64,000 bases of DNA from positions 2,337,527 to 2,401,526 of the forward strand of contig OY762266.1 in assembly GCA_963665285.1 (NCBI GenBank), read 5' to 3'. Positions 20,041 to 30,272 of this stretch are shown piece by piece. This stretch comes from Candidatus Poribacteria bacterium (lineage in GTDB: Bacteria > Poribacteria > WGA-4E > PCPOR2b). The position numbers and the translations under genes were made by a program. Below the pieces are notes generated by a model that did no database searches, was not told the DNA's origin, and saw only the letters and a list, made by a program, of their open reading frames with translations. Within the stretch, counting starts at the first letter, position 1; each line of letters opens with the position of its first letter.

Positions 20041-23000
20041 ATGGGACTCTCTGTACGCAAAGTACACAATCTACAACACATCGTTCTTTCCGTTTTCCGT
20101 TTCACGCTTCACGTTTTGCTTCTCGTCTACATTCCAATTGCCAACTCCCAACAGACGGCAGACGAAATTGTTTCGGCTGCGATGCGTCACCAAAGCCTTG
20201 GATTAGCTTATCTCGAAGAATCTCAACCGCATCAAGCGATTGAACAATTTCAAGGGTTGGTCAACTTAGCACCGGATGAATCAATCGGTTACGGCAATCT
20301 CGCCGTTGCACACTTACGTTTCAAGCAAAACGAAGAAGCGGAAACGTGGGTCAAACGTGGGCTTGAAGTTGAACCGATGGACAGCCAGTTACATTTCATT
20401 TTGGCGGAGATTTATCAATCGCAGAGTAGAACTGCGGAAGCGATCACATCAATTCAGGAGGCGGTGAAACTCGCACCTGATGACCTCGAAGCGCGATATA
20501 AACTGACACGCCACTATCTAAGTCAGCGGAACAACTTAGAGGCGACGGATCAGGCAATTGTCCACCTGTGGGCGTTGCGTGAGCGAACCCCAGCGAATGT
20601 GGTGGTACTGCTCAAGTTAGCGAACGCGCTTTTGCGACGAGAGCAAGTTGAGGAAGCGAAGCGGGTCTGCATGGAGTTAAATGCTCTGCTGTGGGATGCC
20701 GATGAAGAATTCCTCAAATATCTGAAACAGGGACTACTTTTGATTGACCAAGACGACGCCAAAGGGGCAGCCCGATATATTCAGATTTTTGAGAACGTTC
20801 AAAAGCGAAGTCCCCGGTATCAACAAGGGATTGGAGAGTTGGTGACGAACATCTTGGGGCATCCGATCGAGGAATTTAGCCCCGGGTTCAAAGCACGGAT
20901 AAAAGCAAAGCAAACACCATCGATTGAGATCAGTTTTGCCGATATAACTCAGGAGATCGGGCTTGGCGACTTGAACGGAAAACGCTCCAAAATTCTGCTG
21001 GTAGATTACGATAACGACGGCGATTTCGACCTGTATACCACCCCCGCTGATTCAAACGCTGAACCCAACCTCTTTCGGAATAACGGTGGAAAATTTATCC
21101 CCGCCGCCACAGTCGGAAGCCGCGGAGATGCCGCTGCCTTTGCTGATATTGATAAGGACGGCGATCCAGATCTCTATCTGTCCGGAGACGCGGGAGTTGT
21201 CCTCTTTCGCAATGATGGGACGGGTAACTTTACCAAAATAATGGGCTTCGGAGACACACGATCCGATCAGGACTCACAGCAACAGGACAGAAGAGTGATT
21301 CTATCCGTTGACTATGACCATGACGGCGATCTGGATCTGTTTACAACGGGGGACCGGGTAGAGATGTACCGCAACAATGGCGATGGCGTTTTCAGCGATG
21401 TCAGCGATCAGACTTTCATCCCATCGGAACGCCCTAGAGCACAGGACGCAGCACTCGGTGATTTCGACGATGATGGCGATATTGATCTACTAATCGTAAA
21501 TAACGGAAGTGGCTGTACGCTCTACACAAACCTGCGCCAAGGAAAGATGCAGGCGATAACCGATGAAATAGGTATATCTCAAAACCACGCTTTCACAGCG
21601 GTCGCAGCCGGTGATTACGACAACGATGGCGATATTGACCTGTTTATAGCAACCGATGGTAAAACACCTCATCAACTCTATCGAAACCGCGGCGACGGGA
21701 CCTATGCCCCCGATGGGCGTTCACACGAAGAGACGCTCAACGCTGCAAAAGGTGTGCACGGTTTAGACGCCCATTTCCTCGATTATGACAACGACGGTTT
21801 CTTGGATCTATGGCTTATCGGCACACCGAAAGAGGGGGATGGACGTGGCGTTTTCCTGTTTCGGAACGATGGGACAGGACGCTTCACCGATGCCTCCAAT
21901 GTCTTGCCCAATACGATTCGGAGTGGAGGTGACGGCACCGTTGGCGATTACGACAACGATGGAGACTTCGATCTTTTCCTGACCGACTCCGATGGCAGAG
22001 TAGTTGCACTACGCAACGAGGGTGGGAACCAAAACAGTTGGCTGCAAGTGAAGCTGGAGGGTGTTAACGCAGGTAATAATAAGAACAACATTGACGGTAT
22101 CGGCGCAAAAGTGGAGCTCAAGGCCGGCGAACTCTACCAGATGAAATATGTTACCGACCCGATAACACATTTCGGTCTGGGGAAAGAGAAACAGGCGGAT
22201 GTACTACGGGTTGTCTGGACAAACGGCGTTCCACAAAATGTCATCATCCCCAAATCAAACCAGCGCATCCTCGAAAAGCAGGTGTTGAAGGGCTCGTGCC
22301 CATTCCTCTACGTCTACGACGGTGCTGGTTATCAATTCGTAACAGACCTCCTATGGCGCAGCCCACTTGGAATGGTTACACCGGGGGGATTTCTCGCCGC
22401 TGCTGAAACCGCAGATTATGTCAAAATTTCTGGTGAACTCATGAAGCCAAAAGCGGGTGTCTATTCGCTTCAGATTACGGAGGAGCTATGGGAGACCGCC
22501 TATTTCGATATGGTCAAGCTGCTAGCCGTAGACCACCCCGCAGGCACCCGAATCTTCGTTGATGAGAAATATACACCGCCACCGTTTCCAGAGTTCAAAA
22601 TCTACACGGCGAAAGAGATTTACCACCCGCGCACCGCACTCGACCACCATGGATACGATGTTTCCGAAACACTCAAGGCAGTTGACTATCGCTATGCAAT
22701 AGAACACGAACCGGGACCGTTTCAAGGTGTCGTTGATTCCCATTTCATCGTTCTCGATCTAGGGGACGTACCTGATGATTTAGGACTTACCCTGTTTCTC
22801 ACCGGCTGGATCTTCCCAACAGATACCAGTATCAATATCGCGCTCTCACAGAATCCGTTAATTAACCCAACTTTCCCCTACCTTCAAGTGCGTGATAAGG
22901 GTGGAGAGTGGCAGACAGTCATCGATCCCATTGGCATACCCGCAGGCAAAAATAAGACTATCTGCATCGATCTGACGGGCAAATTCCTTTCGGAAGATCG

Positions 23001-23562
23001 GAGTGTAAAAATTGCGACCAATATGCAGATTTACTGGGATTCAGCATTTTTCACGATTGACGGGGAGGACGTGCCGACCCGTATCACAGAGCTATCTCCG
23101 AATCACACAGATCTCCACTACCGCGGCTTTTCCAAGATGTATCGCCCAACCTCCCACGCGCCGCACCTGTTTGACTACAATGAAGTTGAAACAGAAGAGC
23201 AGTGGCGAGATTTGGCGGGGCATTATACACGGTACGGAGAAGTGACAGCCTTGCTAGAGGAGATTGATGATATGTATGTCATCTTGAATGCCGGGGACGA
23301 GATGACCGTCGAGTTTGATGCGACTGGATTGCCACCATTGAAAGAGGGATGGGAACGGGATTTTATCCTCTACAGCGATGGGTGGGACAAGGATGGCGAT
23401 ATCAATACGCTGTCTTCGCAGACGGTTGCGCCGCTGCCATTCCACGACATGTCCGCCTATCCGTATCCTGATGCGGAAAAATACCCACAGACCCTAGAGC
23501 ACCTCCGCTATCAACTAGAATACAACACACGCCGTGTGACACATGAGCTGCCACGTTTCTAA
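20041..23562 (+). CDS. large secreted TPR + FG-GAP/VCBS + ASPIC/UnbV-domain protein with about 400-aa uncharacterised C-terminal region
   Basis: N-terminal hydrophobic anchor, TPR block (aa about 50-230), six or more FG-GAP Ca-binding repeats (DYDNDGDxDL), then the UnbV_ASPIC motif (NSWLQVKLEG...GAKVELK). The start could be the TTG at 20026 used by the ORF track. Confidence 0.75.
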   Translation: MGLSVRKVHNLQHIVLSVFRFTLHVLLLVYIPIANSQQTADEIVSAAMRHQSLGLAYLEESQPHQAIEQFQGLVNLAPDESIGYGNLAVAHLRFKQNEEAETWVKRGLEVEPMDSQLHFILAEIYQSQSRTAEAITSIQEAVKLAPDDLEARYKLTRHYLSQRNNLEATDQAIVHLWALRERTPANVVVLLKLANALLRREQVEEAKRVCMELNALLWDADEEFLKYLKQGLLLIDQDDAKGAARYIQIFENVQKRSPRYQQGIGELVTNILGHPIEEFSPGFKARIKAKQTPSIEISFADITQEIGLGDLNGKRSKILLVDYDNDGDFDLYTTPADSNAEPNLFRNNGGKFIPAATVGSRGDAAAFADIDKDGDPDLYLSGDAGVVLFRNDGTGNFTKIMGFGDTRSDQDSQQQDRRVILSVDYDHDGDLDLFTTGDRVEMYRNNGDGVFSDVSDQTFIPSERPRAQDAALGDFDDDGDIDLLIVNNGSGCTLYTNLRQGKMQAITDEIGISQNHAFTAVAAGDYDNDGDIDLFIATDGKTPHQLYRNRGDGTYAPDGRSHEETLNAAKGVHGLDAHFLDYDNDGFLDLWLIGTPKEGDGRGVFLFRNDGTGRFTDASNVLPNTIRSGGDGTVGDYDNDGDFDLFLTDSDGRVVALRNEGGNQNSWLQVKLEGVNAGNNKNNIDGIGAKVELKAGELYQMKYVTDPITHFGLGKEKQADVLRVVWTNGVPQNVIIPKSNQRILEKQVLKGSCPFLYVYDGAGYQFVTDLLWRSPLGMVTPGGFLAAAETADYVKISGELMKPKAGVYSLQITEELWETAYFDMVKLLAVDHPAGTRIFVDEKYTPPPFPEFKIYTAKEIYHPRTALDHHGYDVSETLKAVDYRYAIEHEPGPFQGVVDSHFIVLDLGDVPDDLGLTLFLTGWIFPTDTSINIALSQNPLINPTFPYLQVRDKGGEWQTVIDPIGIPAGKNKTICIDLTGKFLSEDRSVKIATNMQIYWDSAFFTIDGEDVPTRITELSPNHTDLHYRGFSKMYRPTSHAPHLFDYNEVETEEQWRDLAGHYTRYGEVTALLEEIDDMYVILNAGDEMTVEFDATGLPPLKEGWERDFILYSDGWDKDGDINTLSSQTVAPLPFHDMSAYPYPDAEKYPQTLEHLRYQLEYNTRRVTHELPRF

Positions 23563-23612
23563 GGAGGTCGAGATTCATATCTCGACAAAATATCTACATG
23601 AGGTGTTAAAAA

Positions 23613-24629
23613 ATGCACGCCAAAGCACTTGTCTCTGACGAAAATCAGAATTTTAGCTACGCTGATGTCACCTTGTCTGATCCAGGACCGGAACACATCC
23701 TGATACGGGCACTGTACAGCGGGGTTAGCATTGGAACGGAGTTCGCCCTGATCCGTAACAAGATATCTACTTGGGGACAGTATCCAATATGCACCGGCTA
23801 TCAGGGGGTCGGTGTTATTGAGTATGCCGGCGAGAAGGTTGATACCTTCAACGTCGGTGATAAGATCTATTACCGCGATAACCGGGAGGGGATGCATCTG
23901 TCCGATGGGCAGGAGGTTTCAGCCGCAGCCGGTGTTCATTGCTCTGCCGCAATCGTCAATCCACAAACGACGCACGGCTTGGAACTACTGCCCGACGGTA
24001 TCCCCGAAGATGCTGCAAGCCTGTTTGTGATGCCAGCGGTCGGCTTGAACGGCGTCGATACAGCAAACCCTCGGATGGGGGATGTCGTGGCGGTTTACGG
24101 TGCTGGGTTGGTCGGATTGGGAGTTATGGCTGCTTGTAGTCATCGGGGTTGCGTTGTCGTTGCCATTGACCTTGATCAGAACAGGCTAAAGGTCGCGCAA
24201 AAACTCGGCGCGGATCACCTAATCAACGGTTCCACTCAGAACGTGGTGGAGGAACTACAAAAGATCGCGCCTGAAGGTGCGGACGTTGTTTTTGAATCCA
24301 CCGGCGTGCCTGCGTGTGTTGATCCGGCAATCGAGCTGTGTAAACGGCACGGCAAGTTCGTGTATCAGGGGCATTACGGCACAGAACCACTTTCCTATCA
24401 ATTTGCACCGCCCCACGGCAAACGGCTGACAATGTTTTATCCGTGTGACGATGGCTTTGAGCCTTGCCGACGCGCGGTACTCAAGAACATGGCGACAGGT
24501 GTCCTGCCGTGGCATCATACGATTACACATCGCGTCGAATCGGAAGAATCACCTGCCTTTTACGACGCTATCAACAAAGATAACGCCAAAGACGTAGTCG
24601 GCGCGGTCATACGATGGTCGGACGATTGA
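23613..24629 (+). CDS. MDR-superfamily zinc-binding dehydrogenase (paralogue class of the first gene)
   Basis: GroES-like N-domain plus Rossmann domain (VAVYGAGLVGLG). GAGGTG RBS upstream. Confidence 0.75.
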   Translation: MHAKALVSDENQNFSYADVTLSDPGPEHILIRALYSGVSIGTEFALIRNKISTWGQYPICTGYQGVGVIEYAGEKVDTFNVGDKIYYRDNREGMHLSDGQEVSAAAGVHCSAAIVNPQTTHGLELLPDGIPEDAASLFVMPAVGLNGVDTANPRMGDVVAVYGAGLVGLGVMAACSHRGCVVVAIDLDQNRLKVAQKLGADHLINGSTQNVVEELQKIAPEGADVVFESTGVPACVDPAIELCKRHGKFVYQGHYGTEPLSYQFAPPHGKRLTMFYPCDDGFEPCRRAVLKNMATGVLPWHHTITHRVESEESPAFYDAINKDNAKDVVGAVIRWSDD

Positions 24630-24652
24630 TTATCACGTTAAGCTAAGTTGCT

Positions 24653-24745
24653 ACCTAAAGCCCCAGAGGGGCGATATGTGTATAGAAAACATGGTAAAGC
24701 TAACCCTAAAGCCCCAGCGGGGCGACATATGTGTCGTATTGAGTT
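24653..24745. repeat. pair of direct repeats, consensus AAAGCCCCAGCGGGGCGACATGTGTATAGAAAAC (locus A)
   Basis: Two units about 51 nt apart in the ADH-epimerase intergenic region. The same unit pair recurs at 42170-42246. Confidence 0.45.
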
Positions 24746-24815
24746 GATGCATGATAAATCGAGAAAAATCCTTTGGATTATACTACACGAATAAGTTCAG
24801 AAGAAGGGGTGTAAA

Positions 24816-25670
24816 ATGGGCGGAATACTAATCACCGGCACCAGCGGATTTATCGGGCGCACACTCGCTGAATCAATGGCGAAAGACCACGAGGTTTTCT
24901 GTATATCTAGGCAGCCGACAGAAGTAGAAGGCGTAACAACGATCCAAGGGGACTTTACGTCGCTAGACGACCTGCAAAAGTTAGATCGAAACCAAATTGA
25001 TGTCGTGGTTCATCTCGCAGCAGTAACAGGGGGAGGGAGTGAGGAGGAACAACTTCGAGTCAATGTTATGGGATCATATCAACTCGTGCGATACTTCGTG
25101 GATGGTGGATGCAAGAAGTTTGTGCTCGCTAGCTCAATCGCGGCGGTCGGCTTTCAGTCTCCCCTGTTCAGACCGTTGCAGCTGCCGATGCCCGACGAAC
25201 ACCCATGTCTTGATCGGGTAGGATACGGCTTCTCAAAGTATGTGATGGAGGAGGTATCGCGTTATCTAGCGCGTCAGAATGAGGATCTCGACTTCATTAA
25301 CATCCGCCTAGCGAGCATCGCTCCCGATGACCGTGAATTAACGCCCAGAAAGGCAGGACCGGTAGGGCAGTGGGCGATGGGGTCGATTTCATACATGTAC
25401 CTCAGCGATACAGTGCGCTGTTTGACGCTTGCCGCCGAAGCCTCGCATAAACCGGGGGTTCGCATCCTGAACGCGGTGGGGACACAAGCCTGCGCCGAGG
25501 ATACTGTCCCCGAAATTATCCGTGGGTGGTACGGTGCGGATGCCGACAGGATAGACCTCTCCCACTACACACGCCCCGGACATGAAAGAGATCCCGTATA
25601 CGAGATCCACCGCATCGAGGAAGAGTTAGGCTTTGTGCCTGAACGGAGTGTGGTTGGAAATGAGGAATAA
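24816..25670 (+). CDS. NAD-dependent epimerase/dehydratase (extended SDR)
   Basis: ITGTSGFIG Rossmann motif with a YxxxK region. RBS AAGGGGTG. Confidence 0.75.
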   Translation: MGGILITGTSGFIGRTLAESMAKDHEVFCISRQPTEVEGVTTIQGDFTSLDDLQKLDRNQIDVVVHLAAVTGGGSEEEQLRVNVMGSYQLVRYFVDGGCKKFVLASSIAAVGFQSPLFRPLQLPMPDEHPCLDRVGYGFSKYVMEEVSRYLARQNEDLDFINIRLASIAPDDRELTPRKAGPVGQWAMGSISYMYLSDTVRCLTLAAEASHKPGVRILNAVGTQACAEDTVPEIIRGWYGADADRIDLSHYTRPGHERDPVYEIHRIEEELGFVPERSVVGNEE

Positions 25671-25844
25671 TACGTAAAGCGTGATGCGTAAGCAAAGCAG
25701 CCTTGAGTCCGTTGAATGCGTAGGGGTTGGGTCTCCCAACCCGTTTGGTGAGGAAACCACGCCCCTACGATTGAGTGCTTATCAACGAATTACGGATACG
25801 CTTCACATAAATACCAACACTCTCTAGCAACTTGGTCGCTACAG

Positions 25845-26717
25845 CTAGCGTTTCCAGCGATAACGCACAGCGTCCTTCCCTGCCATCAACGCAAACTCCC
25901 ACCGTTGACACCACGTCTCATAATCGGTCTGCAACGCATCTGGACGGAACTTGCTGCGCATGAGGAACGTCGGATAGAAGGGACGTCCTGACGGTTGATA
26001 GGCGTCATGATAGCGCAGGTCAAAACTCCAGCGAACCTCGTCTGACTCGTTGGCGAGCGCGTGATGCAGCGTGTAGTTGTGGAACAGGATAAGCCCACCT
26101 GCGGGCACAGGTAGCGGCTTGGATTTGATGGGTGGTCGTTCTTCCTCGGGCACGTCCAATCCGGGCGTATACGCATGTTGCCGGAGACCGTATTTATGGC
26201 TGCCGGGTAGCACCGCAAGACAACCGTTCTCCAACGTTGCGTCTACGACAGGAACCCAGACGGTCAGCATAAAGTGTTGATCTGTATCGGGCCAACACAC
26301 ACCGACGTCCTGATGGAAGTGGGTCGGAGACCCACCGGTCGCACGATGCGGCAAAACCGCCCGAATGTGCTGAATGGGGTTGCACACAATCTCCGAACCG
26401 CAGAGCGACTCCGCCACGTCCAGAATCTTTGGGTTTTTCAGGAAGTTGAAGGTTGCTTCGCCACGCGCCTGCATAATATCCAAATTACCAGCGACTTCCG
26501 GAACTTCCTTCGCTAGAAGCAGCAACCGCCGCGTAAATGGTTCGTCCTCATGCAGCGAACTCACCTTTCCCTCGGCGTACAACTTCTGTGCGCGTCCGTC
26601 AATAAGATCGGAATACTCGTCAATGACCGGCTGCAGGTCCTCCGTATCTAACACATTTTCCAACCGTAAATAACCGTCCTCGTGGAACGAGGAAATTTGA
26701 GCCTCTGTCAAGTGCAT
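25845..26717 (-). CDS. phytanoyl-CoA dioxygenase (PhyH) family protein
   Basis: HFHQD ... H triad region and the PhyH-like jelly-roll pattern. RBS AAGGAG. Confidence 0.75.
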   Translation of the reverse strand: MHLTEAQISSFHEDGYLRLENVLDTEDLQPVIDEYSDLIDGRAQKLYAEGKVSSLHEDEPFTRRLLLLAKEVPEVAGNLDIMQARGEATFNFLKNPKILDVAESLCGSEIVCNPIQHIRAVLPHRATGGSPTHFHQDVGVCWPDTDQHFMLTVWVPVVDATLENGCLAVLPGSHKYGLRQHAYTPGLDVPEEERPPIKSKPLPVPAGGLILFHNYTLHHALANESDEVRWSFDLRYHDAYQPSGRPFYPTFLMRSKFRPDALQTDYETWCQRWEFALMAGKDAVRYRWKR

Positions 26718-26932
26718 AGTGGTTATCTCCTTGTAATTTATGGTGAACTAGAATTTACCAATAACTCTGACCCAAGGAAGTTTTCAAAGTCCCCCTGATA
26801 AGGGGGATTTAGGGGGTTGACTGTACATTGGAAGTGTCTAACTGATTCTAAAATCTACCATAGCAAGCCTGATGCTTGTGGGAGCATCCCCGCTCGTTCA
26901 AAACCTGTTATCGAAAAACTACTGAACATAAA

Positions 26933-27196
26933 CTACGCCTGTGAGGCAGGCAACAACGCCCTTTCAACAGCGTCAGGCAGTTGCATTAGGTGAAAGCGGC
27001 TCGCTGTATAGGCATAGTCTTCTCCACTTTCATCTATAACGCGAATGTAGCCATGAGCCGCAGCGTCATCATCAGGGAACACACGATACAATTTCCCCAC
27101 CTCCAGAGAAGCAGGGTATCCTTCATTATTGAGACATAGACCAAATTGCGGAAACTGGTTTTCTCTTTTCGCCATTGCTAAGACGCACTGAGCCAT
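26933..27196 (-). CDS. hypothetical small protein (87 aa)
   Basis: ORF only. The hairpin TCCCCCT-GATA-AGGGGGA at 26790-26807 lies downstream. Confidence 0.35.
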   Translation of the reverse strand: MAQCVLAMAKRENQFPQFGLCLNNEGYPASLEVGKLYRVFPDDDAAAHGYIRVIDESGEDYAYTASRFHLMQLPDAVERALLPASQA

Positions 27197-27239
27197 TAAT
27201 CAGGCTGATGTAGATTACCCTTTCGCAAAAACTTTCCAG

Positions 27240-27268
27240 TTGAAACCGCCGGAAAAACCTGATAGAAT
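27240..27268 (+). promoter_or_regulatory. sigma-70-like promoter candidate TTGAAA-N17-TAGAAT upstream of the multihaem cytochrome gene
   Basis: Hexamers and 17-nt spacer read directly from the sequence. The ATG follows at 27329. Confidence 0.35.
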
Positions 27269-27328
27269 TATACAATCCTTCCAAACACTTGTCAAACCCA
27301 AAACTACGGTCAAGAGGAAGCCCCAGCC

Positions 27329-30169
27329 ATGCGACTTTGGACAAAATTCCTACTTCTTGGTTTCCTGATCTTGCTGATTAACAGCGCATACCTGATCAGC
27401 TGCGGAGAACCGACCCTATTTTACATCGGGAACGTCCTGATCCACATCGTCCTCGGTGTCGCCCTGATCGTCCCGTTTATCGTCTATGTCTGCAAGCGTT
27501 TCGATGGCATGTCAATTGTCGGCAAAGGCGGAGTGATTTCTCTAGGAATCGGGATAATTTCCGGCGTGTACCTGATGTTTGTCGGTGCCACCACCCCCAA
27601 CCGTTGGCTGCTCGTCATGCACATCGTTACCATGACACTCGGCGCGATCCTATTTGTCGGACATCTGTTGATTTTGGCACGACGAGCGGAGACCGAGTTT
27701 TCACGCAAAGCGGCACGAGTCACAGGGATTGTTCTCCTTATTAGCCTGCTGTTTCCCGTCGGGGCAAGGCTGATTCAGCACTATCGACCCAACCCGGACT
27801 ATCTGGTGAAAAACCCACTCTCTCCACCCACCAGTATGTATGAGGAGGGCGGCGGCACCGATGGACCGTTCTTTCCCGCCTCCGTCGAAACCTATACCGG
27901 CGACCTGATCCCCACCGACTTCTTTTTGACCTCCCAAACCTGCGCTGAAAGCGGATGCCACCCGGACATCTACAAACAGTGGAACGAATCGGCGCATCAC
28001 TTCGCCTCCTTCAACAATCAGTGGTATCGCAAATCAGTTATGTATATGCAGGATGTCAACGGGATTCAACCGTCCAAATGGTGCGGTGGATGCCACGACC
28101 CCGCAATCTTGCTGAATGGCGTGATGGATCGACCGATTCGGGAGAATCTGCACACACCCGCCGCCCAAGCCGGACTCGCGTGTACGGCGTGCCATTCGAT
28201 GGAGCAGGTCAAGGATACGATGGGCAACAGCGGATATATAATCAAGTACCCGCCCCTGCACGAAATGGCAGCCAGCGAAAATACCGTGATCCGCAAACTC
28301 CACAATTACCTCATCCGTCTCGATCCAGAACCCCATAAAAAGAGTTTCCTCAAGCCGTTTCACCGTCAGAACACAGCGGAGTTCTGCTCGACCTGTCACA
28401 AAGTGCATCTCGATGTGCCGGTCAACAATTTCCGATGGTTCCGTGGCTTTGACGACTACGATCAGTGGCAGACCAGCGGTGTCTCCCATCAGGGGGCGTT
28501 GTCTTTCTACTACCCCGAAGAACCGAAAAAGTGTGTTGACTGCCACATGCCGTTGGTTCCCTCAAAAGACGCGGCGAACATCGATGGAAAGGTGCACAGC
28601 CACCGCTTTCCTGCGGCGAATACGGCACTCCCTTTCGTGAACAAACACGATGAACAGCTCAAGACGACAATCGAATTCCTCCAGAACAATCAGGTAAGTG
28701 TGGATATCTTCGCGCTAAGTCCCGCGACACCGATCCAATCCCAATCGCATGGAATCAGTACCTCCCGCCCTAACTCTCAACTCCGCTCCTTCAGTATGAT
28801 GGAGGGCGAAAGTCAGGGACACGCTATCGGCACAGTAACGGACATAACGAAGCTTGTCGCACCCATCAACGGTTCCAGCGCAACGGTTCAGCGAGGTGAG
28901 GAGGTTCGGATCGATGTGGTGGTTCGTACAAGGAACGTGGGACACCGATTCCCCGCCGGCACAATCGATGCCTTCGATATCTGGTTGGAGTTGAAGGCAA
29001 CGGACGAAAACGGAAAGGTCATTTTCTGGAGCGGACGGATCGAAGCGGAAGATGGAAATGGCCCCGTCGATCCGGGGGCGCATTTCTATCGGGCGTATAT
29101 GCTCGACGAACACGGAAACCTTATCAACAAACGCAATGCGTGGGCAGCGCGGACGGTCCTCTATGCGAACACCATTCCCCCCGGCGCTGCGGATACCGTT
29201 CACTACCGACTCCTCATCCCGCCGGATTGTGGGGATGAGATTCAGCTGCACGCAAAATTGAATTACCGCAAATTCAACTGGTGGCATACACAGTGGGCTT
29301 ATGCAGGCGTGCGAGATCCGGAGGACACCGATTTTCAGGTCGATAAAGGCTACGACAACGGGCGCTGGGTCTTCACAGGGGACACATCGGACGTCGCGGG
29401 GCAGATCAAGGCAATTCCCAACCTGCCAATCGTCCCCATGGCAGAGGATAAAGCAACGTTACGGGTGATAGATCAGGCTGAACCGAGCGAGCCGGTAATC
29501 GGGGGTTCAGGGGAGAATCCGAAATCGGACCTCCGTGAGCGCTGGAATGACTACGGTATCGGGTTACTCCTTCAGGGGGATCTCAAAGGTGCCGAGGCAG
29601 TATTTCTGAGAGTTACGGAGATTGAGCCGGACTATATGGACGGCTGGGTCAATGTCGCACGGTGTCGGGTTCAGGAGGGCGATATGCGAGGGGCGGAGGA
29701 GATGCTTGACAAGGCGATGGCACTCCAGAAAGAACTGCCTCCCGACAGTCCGCACCGAGCGAAGGTGCACTACTTCTATGCGCTGGTTCAGAAGGCGTAC
29801 GGAAAATATGACGACGCACTCGAACATCTGCGGATCGCTGCCCGCCAATTTCCGCGGGATCGGCGGGTTCTGAATGAGATGGGCAGGCTGCTCTACCTGC
29901 AGCGAAAGTATGAAGCGGCGCTGGCAGAGTTTCAGAAAACGTTGGCGGTTGACCCAGAGGATCTGGATGCCCACTACAACATGATGCTGTGCTACCGTGC
30001 GCTCAAAAATGAGGTGATGGCAGCGAAGGAGCAGAAGCTTTATCTGCGGTTCAAGGCGGACGAATCCGTTGACGCTATCACCGGGATCACCCGTCGTGCC
30101 GACCCGTACGCAAATATCGAACGTCAACGCATCCACGAACACACATCCGCATTGAGCGAACCAAAATAA
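27329..30169 (+). CDS. membrane-anchored multihaem c-type cytochrome (NrfA/ONR-like haem-1 context) with C-terminal TPR domain
   Basis: Four or five N-terminal TM helices. Haem-binding motifs CAESGCH (CX4CH, aa about 205), CGGCH (252), CTACH (285), CSTCH (353) and CVDCH (402). The first is followed by the W-x2-S-x-H pattern of the cytochrome c552/NrfA superfamily. TPR repeats occupy the last about 250 aa. Confidence 0.75.
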   Translation: MRLWTKFLLLGFLILLINSAYLISCGEPTLFYIGNVLIHIVLGVALIVPFIVYVCKRFDGMSIVGKGGVISLGIGIISGVYLMFVGATTPNRWLLVMHIVTMTLGAILFVGHLLILARRAETEFSRKAARVTGIVLLISLLFPVGARLIQHYRPNPDYLVKNPLSPPTSMYEEGGGTDGPFFPASVETYTGDLIPTDFFLTSQTCAESGCHPDIYKQWNESAHHFASFNNQWYRKSVMYMQDVNGIQPSKWCGGCHDPAILLNGVMDRPIRENLHTPAAQAGLACTACHSMEQVKDTMGNSGYIIKYPPLHEMAASENTVIRKLHNYLIRLDPEPHKKSFLKPFHRQNTAEFCSTCHKVHLDVPVNNFRWFRGFDDYDQWQTSGVSHQGALSFYYPEEPKKCVDCHMPLVPSKDAANIDGKVHSHRFPAANTALPFVNKHDEQLKTTIEFLQNNQVSVDIFALSPATPIQSQSHGISTSRPNSQLRSFSMMEGESQGHAIGTVTDITKLVAPINGSSATVQRGEEVRIDVVVRTRNVGHRFPAGTIDAFDIWLELKATDENGKVIFWSGRIEAEDGNGPVDPGAHFYRAYMLDEHGNLINKRNAWAARTVLYANTIPPGAADTVHYRLLIPPDCGDEIQLHAKLNYRKFNWWHTQWAYAGVRDPEDTDFQVDKGYDNGRWVFTGDTSDVAGQIKAIPNLPIVPMAEDKATLRVIDQAEPSEPVIGGSGENPKSDLRERWNDYGIGLLLQGDLKGAEAVFLRVTEIEPDYMDGWVNVARCRVQEGDMRGAEEMLDKAMALQKELPPDSPHRAKVHYFYALVQKAYGKYDDALEHLRIAARQFPRDRRVLNEMGRLLYLQRKYEAALAEFQKTLAVDPEDLDAHYNMMLCYRALKNEVMAAKEQKLYLRFKADESVDAITGITRRADPYANIERQRIHEHTSALSEPK

Positions 30170-30174
30170 GCGTA

Positions 30175-30204
30175 GGGGCGGGGTCTCCCCGCCCAAATAT
30201 TTTG
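30175..30204 (+). terminator. rho-independent terminator GGGGCGGGG-TCT-CCCCGCCC + AAATATTTT
   Basis: Perfect G/C stem followed by a T-rich tract 5 nt after the cytochrome gene stop. The stem is identical to the hairpin at 4983-5002. Confidence 0.55.
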
Positions 30205-30272
30205 GACTGTAGGGGCAACCCTCGTGGTTACCCTCTTTGTAAACTTAATCCCAAAAAAGGAGATAATCAACA

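Noticed and set aside
24653-24745. CRISPR array interpretation of the paired direct repeats (also at 42170-42246)
   Set aside because: There are only two repeat units per locus, the spacers are about 20 nt, the units are imperfect and no cas genes are present. This is better explained as a dispersed REP-like repeat.
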